DNA from: Planctomycetota bacterium
Lineage (GTDB): Bacteria > Planctomycetota > UBA1135 > UBA2386
Length of the DNA stretch: 64,000 bases
Assembly (NCBI GenBank): GCA_016794035.1
Contig: JAEUHS010000016.1
Location: 6,536 to 70,535 of the forward strand
Reading direction: 5' to 3'
How positions within the stretch are numbered: the stretch's first letter is position 1; the number at the start of each line of letters is the position of its first letter. The notes beneath the pieces were generated by a model that ran no database searches, was not told where the DNA came from, and saw only the letters and a list, made by a program, of their open reading frames with translations. Below are positions 57,470 to 64,000 of this stretch, piece by piece. Both the position numbers and the translations under genes were made by a program.

Positions 57470-58092
57470 GCTGGATCTCGCGGTTCGTGGGCGTCGGCGC
57501 CGAGGCGCCGCTGCAGCTCGCGGCGGTAGTCGCGCATGCCGCGCACCAGCCGGTCCTTGAACGTCGACAGCGGCAGTCCGAGGCGTTCGGCCGAGTCCTT
57601 CAGCGGCACCTCCTCGAACACGCGCAGGCGCACGACGTCGCGCAGCGGCTCGTCGAGCGCGGCGAGCGCGTGCTCGAGCACCCGGGCGCGTTCGAGATGG
57701 GACGCGGTGCGGCTCGGCGTCGTCGACTGCGGCGGCAGGTAGCCGTCGACCGTGTCGGCGCCCCCGAGGTCCGAGAAGCGCGCCAGCGGCCGGCTGCCGC
57801 CGCGCTTGGTGCGCAGCACGCCGCGCACCGCGGCCCGCACCCGGTTGTGGGCGATGCCGAGCAGCCATGCACGGTACTTGCTCAGGCTGCTCCACTCGTG
57901 CTGCTGGCGATCGCGCCACGCCATCCACAGCGTCTCCTGCCAGATGTCCTCGACCGAGATCTCGAGCCGCACCTCGGCGCCGATCCAGCTGCCGATCACG
58001 ACGAAGATCGTCGCCGCGTCGAGGCTGTCGACGAGGCGACACCAGGTCGTCGGGTCGAGGTGGGGTGCCGGGGACTCGGGAGCGGGCCGCAT
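57466..58092 (-). CDS. ECF-type RNA polymerase sigma factor (sigma-70 regions 2 and 4)
   Basis: ORF 57466..58158 trimmed to ATG 58092. Region 2: VEDIWQETLWMAWRDRQQ. Region 4: LRDVVRLRVFEEVPLKDSAERLGLPLSTFKDRLVRGMRDYR. No anti-sigma gene follows; a kinase does. Confidence 0.85.
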   Translation of the reverse strand: MRPAPESPAPHLDPTTWCRLVDSLDAATIFVVIGSWIGAEVRLEISVEDIWQETLWMAWRDRQQHEWSSLSKYRAWLLGIAHNRVRAAVRGVLRTKRGGSRPLARFSDLGGADTVDGYLPPQSTTPSRTASHLERARVLEHALAALDEPLRDVVRLRVFEEVPLKDSAERLGLPLSTFKDRLVRGMRDYRRELQRRLGADAHEPRDPA

Positions 58093-58280
58093 GCGTGCAG
58101 CAGCAAGACTACTGCGGAACCCCGCCGCCGGGTCGTCCGGGCCGGAACCCGGCCGCACCGGTCCGGCACCGACGGCCGGGAAACGCCGGCGCGAACGGCG
58201 TCCCGGACGCCGGCCGAAACCGCGACCACCGACGCGGCGAGGTCCATCGGCGCACGGCGGATGGTATACGTGACGACTCC

Positions 58281-59057
58281 ATGATCCTGCGCGCCGTCTC
58301 CGTCGTGGTGTTCTCCGTCCTGCTGTCAGGTTGTGCGGCCGGCCCCGCGCCGGCCGGCCCCGCCGCGGCCGATGTGCCGGCGCCGGCTGCCGATGCGGCG
58401 AAGGTCGCCGACCCGGTCGCCAAGGCCGCCGAGGCCAGGCAGCAGAAGCAGGACGAGCGCAAGAAGCAGGCGAAGGAGCTGCGTGCCAAGCAGCGCGAGC
58501 TCGCGCACGCCACGGTCGAACAACAGGTCGAGGCGATCGAGCGCCGCAGCCGCATGCAGGCGGTCGACGCGGCGCTGGAGCGCTCCGCGGCCGATCTCGA
58601 GGCGGCGCGCCGCGAGCTGGAGGTGTTCCTGAAGGACGTCAAGCCGCGCGAACTGGACGATCGGCGTCTGTCGCTCGACGGCGCCACCTACCGCGCCGAG
58701 CACAGCAAGGACGAACTCGGCGAGCTGACGGCGATGTACGAGGCCGACGAGTTCGCGCGCACGACCAAGGAGCTGGTGCTCAAGCGCGGTCGTCGCGACA
58801 TGGAGATGGCCGATCGCCGGCTCGCGCTCGAGACGCGCGAGTTCGCCCACTTCGAGCAGTTCGAGCTGCCGAAGCGCGAGCGCGAGCTGCGCCAGAAGCT
58901 GGCCGACGCCGAGCTGGCGCGCAAGAAGGCCGAGGCCGAGGCCGAGAAGGCGCGGCTCGAGCTGGAGCTGGCGTCGCAGAAGAGGACCGAGCGGCAGAGC
59001 GACCTCGCCGAGGAGATCCGCGAGCTGCAGGAGGCGCTGGCCAAGGACGCGCCGTGA
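58281..59057 (+). CDS. coiled-coil lipoprotein of unknown function
   Basis: This is the real 3' part of ORF 57867..59057, starting at ATG 58281. Lipobox LLSGC. The sequence is rich in charged heptad-like segments ([22 protein letters not shown]...). Confidence 0.7.
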   Translation: MILRAVSVVVFSVLLSGCAAGPAPAGPAAADVPAPAADAAKVADPVAKAAEARQQKQDERKKQAKELRAKQRELAHATVEQQVEAIERRSRMQAVDAALERSAADLEAARRELEVFLKDVKPRELDDRRLSLDGATYRAEHSKDELGELTAMYEADEFARTTKELVLKRGRRDMEMADRRLALETREFAHFEQFELPKRERELRQKLADAELARKKAEAEAEKARLELELASQKRTERQSDLAEEIRELQEALAKDAP

Positions 59058-60184
59058 TGCGTCGCGCACTGATGGCCGCGCTGCTCGCCGCCGCGGCCGC
59101 GGCGCAGGAGGCGGCCCCGGCGCAGCCGGGCAGTCGCGAGGCGGCGCAGGCCGGCGTCGACCGGGCGATCGCGTTCCTGGTCGGCGCGCAGAACCCCGAC
59201 GGCAGCTGGGGCTCGCAGTCGTGCGAGACGACGATGGAGATGTCGTTCTCGATCGAGACCCACTATGCCTGGAGCGTCGCCGCGCACGGGCTCGCGACGA
59301 TGGCGCTGCTCGGCGCCCGGGAGACGCCCGCACGCCGGGCGGCGCTCGACCAGGCGGTGCGCTGGCTGTGCAACTGCCGCATGACGATGCGCGGCTCGAA
59401 CTGGGACAACGACGCCGTCTGGGGCTGGCTCTACGGCAGCGTGGCGATGGTCGACATCGCGCGCGATCCGCGCTTCGCGACCGACAGCTGGCGCGCGCCG
59501 GTGGCCCAGCGCGGGCGCGAGTTCGTCGGCTGGCTGGCGAAGAACCAGGAGCCGCTCGGCGGCTTCGGCTACTACGACGATCCGCCCTACACGCGGCGGC
59601 CGAAGTGGGGCACGAGCTTCTCGACCGCGTCGGTGCTGCCGGCGCTCGGGCTCGCGCAGCAGCTCGGCTGGCTCGAGGACGGCGCGACGCGCGATCGTGC
59701 CGCCGGCTACGTGCGCCGCTGCCGCCTGCCCAACGGCGCCTACGAGTACGACCTGACGCCGGTGCCGCGCATGAACGGCGGCGAGCACATCAACGACGTC
59801 AAGGGCAGCCTCGGCCGCATCCAGGCCTGCAACTGGGCGCTGCGCCGCAGCGGCGATCCGGGCATCACCGACGCGGTGATCGAGCAGGGCCTCGAGCAGT
59901 TCTTCGCCAACCACCGCTTCCTGCGCATCGCCCGCATGCGGCCGATCCCGCACGAGGCCTACTACTACAACGCCGGCTACTTCTACTTCTTCGGCCACTA
60001 CTACTGCGGCCTGGTCATCGAGCTGCTGCCGGCCGAGCGCCGCGAACGGTACCGCGAGCAGCTGCGGCCCAAGATCCTCGAGACCCAGCGGCCCGACGGC
60101 TCGTTCTGCGATTTCCTGGGGTCCAGCTACATGGTCACCGCATCGACCGCATTCGCGGCGCTGGGGCTGCAGGCGGGGCTGTAG
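59057..60184 (+). CDS. secreted prenyltransferase/squalene-cyclase-repeat (alpha/alpha toroid) protein
   Basis: This is the real 3' part of ORF 58331..60184. ATG 59057 (or GTG 59054) overlaps the upstream stop. Signal peptide [17 protein letters not shown]. Motifs [29 protein letters not shown] and [11 protein letters not shown]. Confidence 0.72.
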   Translation: MRRALMAALLAAAAAAQEAAPAQPGSREAAQAGVDRAIAFLVGAQNPDGSWGSQSCETTMEMSFSIETHYAWSVAAHGLATMALLGARETPARRAALDQAVRWLCNCRMTMRGSNWDNDAVWGWLYGSVAMVDIARDPRFATDSWRAPVAQRGREFVGWLAKNQEPLGGFGYYDDPPYTRRPKWGTSFSTASVLPALGLAQQLGWLEDGATRDRAAGYVRRCRLPNGAYEYDLTPVPRMNGGEHINDVKGSLGRIQACNWALRRSGDPGITDAVIEQGLEQFFANHRFLRIARMRPIPHEAYYYNAGYFYFFGHYYCGLVIELLPAERRERYREQLRPKILETQRPDGSFCDFLGSSYMVTASTAFAALGLQAGL

Positions 60185-60209
60185 GGTGCCGGCGGTGGCA
60201 CCGGCAGCG

Positions 60210-60234
60210 GCCGGCGCCGAACGCGGGCGCCGGC
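60210..60234 (+). terminator. 9-bp GC hairpin after the toroid gene
   Basis: GCCGGCGCC-gaacgcg-GGCGCCGGC. No U-tract. Confidence 0.25.
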
Positions 60235-60243
60235 GCAGCGACA

Positions 60244-60272
60244 TTGACCGTTCCCGGCCGTGACCCTATCGT
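60244..60272 (+). promoter_or_regulatory. candidate sigma-70-type promoter for DAHP synthase-tpiA-secG
   Basis: TTGACC (60244-60249), a 17-nt spacer, and TATCGT (60267-60272), about 38 nt upstream of GTG 60310. This is a pattern match only. Confidence 0.3.
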
Positions 60273-60309
60273 CGTCCGGCTTTTCCCCCGCGCCCGGACC
60301 CCTTCCTTC

Positions 60310-61182
60310 GTGCCCAAGACCGTCACCCTCGGCAATGGCCTCGCGATCGGCGGCGACGGTTTCGTCGTCATGGCGGGCCCGTGCGCGGTCGAGTCGCGCG
60401 AGCAGCTGCTGGCTGCCGCCCACGCAGTCGCCGCCGCCGGTGCGCTGGTGCTGCGCGGCGGCGCGTTCAAGCCGCGCACGTCGCCCGACTCGTTCCAGGG
60501 GCTCGGCGGACCGGGCCTCGAGCTGCTGGCCGAGGCCGCGCGTCTGACCGGCCTGCCGGTCGTGACCGAGGTCATCGATCCGCGCGACGTGCCGCTGGTG
60601 GCGGCGCACGCGTCGATGCTGCAGGTCGGCAGCCGCAACATGCAGAACTTCCCGCTGTTGCGCGAGGTCGGGCGACAGCGCCTGCCGGTGCTGCTCAAGC
60701 GCGGTGCCGCGGCGACGCTGGCCGAGCTGCTGCACGCGGCCGAGTACGTGCGCCGCGAGGGCAACGGCGAGGTGATCCTGTGCGAGCGCGGCGTGCGCGG
60801 GTTCGACCCGACGACGCGCTACGTGCTCGACCTCGCCGCCGTGCCGGCGCTGCGCCAGCGCACCGATCTGCCGATCGTCGTCGACCCGAGCCACGGCACC
60901 GGCGACGCCGACCTGGTGCCGGCGATGGCGCGGGCCGCGCTCGCCGCCGGCGCCGACGGCCTGCTGATCGAGGTGCACGCCGCGCCCGAGCAGGCGCTGT
61001 GCGACGGCCGCCAGGCGCTGCGGCCCGCGGCGTTCGCGACGCTGATGGCCGACCTGCGCCGGCTCGCGGCGGCGCTGGGCCGGCACTGGCTCCGCGCCGA
61101 GTCGCGCGCCGGTTCGATTCCGACGCCACGCCATGGCGTGGCCGCCAATGGTTGTCTCGACGACGAGGTCATTGCCCCGTGA
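60310..61182 (+). CDS. 3-deoxy-7-phosphoheptulonate (DAHP) synthase, type I-beta (KDO8PS-like)
   Basis: This is the real 3' part of ORF 59221..61182, starting at GTG 60310. Motifs [45 protein letters not shown] and VVDPSHGTG. Confidence 0.85.
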   Translation: MPKTVTLGNGLAIGGDGFVVMAGPCAVESREQLLAAAHAVAAAGALVLRGGAFKPRTSPDSFQGLGGPGLELLAEAARLTGLPVVTEVIDPRDVPLVAAHASMLQVGSRNMQNFPLLREVGRQRLPVLLKRGAAATLAELLHAAEYVRREGNGEVILCERGVRGFDPTTRYVLDLAAVPALRQRTDLPIVVDPSHGTGDADLVPAMARAALAAGADGLLIEVHAAPEQALCDGRQALRPAAFATLMADLRRLAAALGRHWLRAESRAGSIPTPRHGVAANGCLDDEVIAP

Positions 61183-61946
61183 CGCACCGTTCGCGCAAGC
61201 CGTACATCGCCGGCAACTGGAAGATGAACCTCGATCGTGCCAAGTCGCTCGACCTGATCAAGACGGTCAAGGGGCGGCTCGGCGACGGCAACGACCGCGA
61301 GGTCGGGTTCTTCGTGCCGGCGATCTACCTCGCCGACGTGACCGCGGTGGCGCAGGGTTCGCCGCTCGGCGTCGGCGGGCAGAACATCTGGTACGAGGCC
61401 AACGGCGCGTTCACCGGCGAACTGGCGCCGCGCATGCTGCGCGAGGTCGGCGCCGACCGCGTGCTGGTCGGTCACAGCGAGCGCCGGCACGTCTTCCACG
61501 AGCCCGACGAGTGGATGGGTCGCAAGGTGCGGGCGGCGCTCGACACCGACCTGCTGCCGATCTACTGCGTCGGCGAGACGCTCGACGAGCGCAAGGGCAA
61601 CCGCACCGACCGGGTGCTGAAGCGGCAGCTCGAGAGCGGCTTCGACAAGGTGCTGCCGATCGACGCGCACCGGGTCACGGTCGCCTACGAGCCGGTCTGG
61701 GCGATCGGCACCGGCGAGACCGCGACCAGCGAACAGGTCGCCCTGGCGCACCGCATGATCCGCAAGTGGCTCGCGCAGCGCGTCGGCGAAGAAGCGGCGA
61801 ACCTGATCCGCATCCTCTACGGCGGCAGCGTCAAGCCCGACAACGCCAAGGAGCTGATGGGCATCGACAGCGTCGACGGCCTGCTCGTCGGCGGCGCCAG
61901 CTTGCAGGCCGAGACGTTCCTTCCGATCATCGAATACGACCGCTGA
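61179..61946 (+). CDS. tpiA: triose-phosphate isomerase
   Basis: This is the real 3' part of ORF 60381..61946, with a GTGA overlap at 61179-61182. Motifs [26 protein letters not shown] and YGGSV. Confidence 0.93.
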   Translation: MTHRSRKPYIAGNWKMNLDRAKSLDLIKTVKGRLGDGNDREVGFFVPAIYLADVTAVAQGSPLGVGGQNIWYEANGAFTGELAPRMLREVGADRVLVGHSERRHVFHEPDEWMGRKVRAALDTDLLPIYCVGETLDERKGNRTDRVLKRQLESGFDKVLPIDAHRVTVAYEPVWAIGTGETATSEQVALAHRMIRKWLAQRVGEEAANLIRILYGGSVKPDNAKELMGIDSVDGLLVGGASLQAETFLPIIEYDR

Positions 61947-61956
61947 GCCGACCGTC

Positions 61957-62187
61957 ATGACCATTCTGTACTACCTGGGCTGGGTGCTGTTCTTCGTCTC
62001 GTCGGTGCTGCTGACGATCCTGATCCTGCTGCAGGAGTCCAAGGGCGGCGGCCTGGCCGAGGCCTTCGGCGGCGTCGGCGCCGAGACGTTCGGCGTCAAG
62101 TCGGGTGGCATCAACCGCGTGACCTTCCTGCTCGCGGCGATCTTCATGGGCTCGGCGATGCTGGTCGCCGGCACCTGGAACGTCTGA
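61957..62187 (+). CDS. secG: preprotein translocase subunit SecG
   Basis: A 76-aa protein with two TM helices and LLQESKGGGL; the conserved tpiA-secG order is present. Confidence 0.85.
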   Translation: MTILYYLGWVLFFVSSVLLTILILLQESKGGGLAEAFGGVGAETFGVKSGGINRVTFLLAAIFMGSAMLVAGTWNV

Positions 62188-62249
62188 CCGACGGCCAGCC
62201 GATCGGCGGTGGCGACACCGCGAACGAGACCTCCCCGCAGCGCGCCGCG

Positions 62250-63128
62250 ATGGACAGTGCCACGCTCAGCATGACCGGCGCCGGATTCGCCACGGGCGAC
62301 ACCGAGGTGGGCGCGCTGCGCATCGAGGTGCGCACCGTCAACGGGCGCGGGCTCAGCGTGAAGCTGCGGCTGCCGCCGGCGTGCTCGGGCTTCGAGGCCG
62401 CAATCGAGGAGCTGGTGCGCGAACGGGTGCGGCGCGGCACGGTCGCGGTCGTCGTCGAACGACAGGGCGGCGCAGCGCCGACGCTGGAGCCGGCCACCCT
62501 GCGCGACGCCGCGGCCCGCCTGCGGCAGCTGGCGACCGACGTCGGGCTGCCGCCGCCGACCGTCGCCGACGTGCTGCAGTACGCGGGTGCGTTCGCGCGC
62601 AGCGAGGCCGTGACCTCGCGGCCGTTGCCGGCGCAGCTGCGCGACCTGCTGGCCGCGGCCCTCGTCGACCTGCACCGCGCGCGCGCCGCCGACGGCGCCG
62701 GCACGGTGCAGGCGATGGCCGAGCAGCTGGCGGCGTTCACGGCGCACCTGCGCACCGCCGCCGCACGGGCGCCGCAGCTGGTCGACGCGTGGCGCGACCG
62801 GCTGCTGCAGCGCGTGCAGGAGTTCGTGCAGGCGCACGCGCCCGGACCGGTGCCGGCGGTCGATCTCGTGCGCGAGGTGGCGCTGCAGGCCGATCGCGTC
62901 GACACGGCCGAGGAGCTGCAGCGGCTCGAGAGCCACATCGCCGAGATCGGCAACGTGTTCGCGCGCGGCGGCGAGGTCGGGCGGCGGCTCGAGTTCCTGC
63001 TGCAGGAGCTGCTGCGCGAGACCAACACGCTGGGCTCGAAGTCGCCGGACAGCGCGATGGCACACACCGTGGTGGCGATGAAGTCCTGTATCGATCGCCT
63101 GCGCGAACAGGCGGCCAACCTCGAATGA
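62250..63128 (+). CDS. yicC: YicC family stress-induced protein (endoribonuclease YicC-like)
   Basis: N-terminal SMTGAGFA (cf. SMTGFG). C-terminal GRRLEFLLQELLRETNTLGSKS. The conserved neighbour gmk is present. Confidence 0.85.
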   Translation: MDSATLSMTGAGFATGDTEVGALRIEVRTVNGRGLSVKLRLPPACSGFEAAIEELVRERVRRGTVAVVVERQGGAAPTLEPATLRDAAARLRQLATDVGLPPPTVADVLQYAGAFARSEAVTSRPLPAQLRDLLAAALVDLHRARAADGAGTVQAMAEQLAAFTAHLRTAAARAPQLVDAWRDRLLQRVQEFVQAHAPGPVPAVDLVREVALQADRVDTAEELQRLESHIAEIGNVFARGGEVGRRLEFLLQELLRETNTLGSKSPDSAMAHTVVAMKSCIDRLREQAANLE

Positions 63129-63141
63129 CGATGGGCCTCGC

Positions 63142-63717
63142 ATGACCGGCGTACGCGGCAAGCTCGTGGTGATCTCCGGGCCGTCGGGCGCCGGCAAGAC
63201 CTCGGTCTGCCGGGCGCTGAAGCAGCACCCGGAGGTCGAGTTCTCGGTGTCGGCGACGACCCGCGAACGGCGCCGCGGCGAGGTCGACGGCATCGACTAC
63301 CACTTCCTGTCGCGCGACGACTTCCAGCGCCGGCTCGGAGAGAACCAGTTCCTCGAGTGGGCCTCGTACAACGGCAACCTGTACGGCACGCCGCGCTGGC
63401 CGATGGACGCCGCGCTGGGGCGTGGCCGCGTGTTCCTGGTCGAGATCGAGGTCAAGGGCACGCGGCAGCTGCGCGAACGCGGCGTCGAAGGGCTCTACGT
63501 GTTCATCGCGCCGCCCAGCATCGCCGAGCTGCGGCGTCGGCTCGAGGTGCGCGGCAGCAACGAGGCGGCCGAGATCGACGCGCGCGTCGCGATCGCGGTC
63601 GACGAGATCGCGGCGGCGAAGGAGTCGGTCGGCGGTCGGCCGCTCTACGACGTCACCCTGGTCAACGAGGACCTGCCGGCGACGATCCGGGCCGTGGAGG
63701 CGCTGCTGTGGCCGTGA
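63142..63717 (+). CDS. gmk: guanylate kinase
   Basis: Motifs VISGPSGAGKTS, SVSATTRERRRGEVDGIDYHF and EWASYNGNLYGT. Confidence 0.93.
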   Translation: MTGVRGKLVVISGPSGAGKTSVCRALKQHPEVEFSVSATTRERRRGEVDGIDYHFLSRDDFQRRLGENQFLEWASYNGNLYGTPRWPMDAALGRGRVFLVEIEVKGTRQLRERGVEGLYVFIAPPSIAELRRRLEVRGSNEAAEIDARVAIAVDEIAAAKESVGGRPLYDVTLVNEDLPATIRAVEALLWP

Positions 63718-64000
63718 GCCCGCGGGTGCTGCTCGGCGTCGGCGGCGGCATCGCCGCCTACAAGCTCGCGTTCCTCGCCAGCCGGCTGGTGCAGCGCGGC
63801 GCTTCGGTGCGGGTCGCGATGACGCCGCGCGCCACCGAGTACGTCGGCCCGCTGACGTTCGCGGGCCTGACCGGTCGGCAGGTGATCCGGTCGTCGACGC
63901 AGATCGACGCGGACGGCGCGGTGCCGCACATCGAGGCCGCGCGCTGGGCGCAGGTCTACCTGATCGCGCCGGCGACGGCAGACCTGCTGGCGCGGCTCGC
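63714..64000 (+). CDS. coaBC: bifunctional phosphopantothenoylcysteine decarboxylase/synthetase, N-terminal flavoprotein domain (partial, runs off the window)
   Basis: My own translation: V(A)VSPRVLLGVGGGIAAYKLAFLASRLVQRGASVRVAMTPRATEYV...IAPATADLLARL. The start is GTG 63714 (GTGA overlap with the gmk stop) or GTG 63708. Confidence 0.85.
   Translation, partial: MSPRVLLGVGGGIAAYKLAFLASRLVQRGASVRVAMTPRATEYVGPLTFAGLTGRQVIRSSTQIDADGAVPHIEAARWAQVYLIAPATADLLARL

Overview
High-GC (by eye above 70%) chromosomal segment with about 55 densely packed genes on both strands. The gene content (sigma-54 activator, ECF sigma, Hanks kinases, many lipoproteins, Kelch and FG-GAP proteins) suggests a Myxococcota- or Planctomycetota-like diderm, but taxonomy cannot be settled from this window. 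Because of the GC content, most of the long ORFs in the supplied track are antisense or out-of-frame shadows rich in Arg/Ala/Pro/Gly. I kept only frames with protein-like sequence and recognisable motifs, and trimmed starts by hand. All family names come from motif recognition, not from searches. Housekeeping anchors are mutS (partial, missing from the track), a cysteine desulfurase, folC, rsgA, gluQ, DAHP synthase-tpiA-secG and yicC-gmk-coaBC. The most interesting result is a cobalamin riboswitch on the minus strand (about 11035-11185), found by reading an intergenic gap. It drives two paralogous secreted NHL/SMP-30-like propeller proteins of unknown function. An 8x CarboxypepD_reg repeat protein may extend this unit. 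The riboswitch promoter sits back-to-back with a QueG-like Fe-S protein and a signal-less BtuF-type binding protein. Together these form a candidate undescribed B12 capture/handling locus. Other notable content: (1) an ECF sigma translationally coupled to a Ser/Thr kinase with FG-GAP repeats, followed by three tandem secreted Kelch paralogs with an unassigned Cys-containing C-terminal module, a hybrid histidine kinase, and a lipoprotein cyanophycinase/isoaspartyl-peptidase pair; (2) an atypical kinase divergent from an FHA-like/GAF/sigma-54 activator; (3) a six-gene DUF4129-DUF4350-MoxR-DUF58-SpoIIM-like-RDD operon; (4) an HcnABC/opine-oxidase-like three-component flavoenzyme next to a PBP1-metzincin fusion; (5) a NYN-LOTUS protein. 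I saw no rRNA, tRNA, CRISPR array, transposase or integrase.
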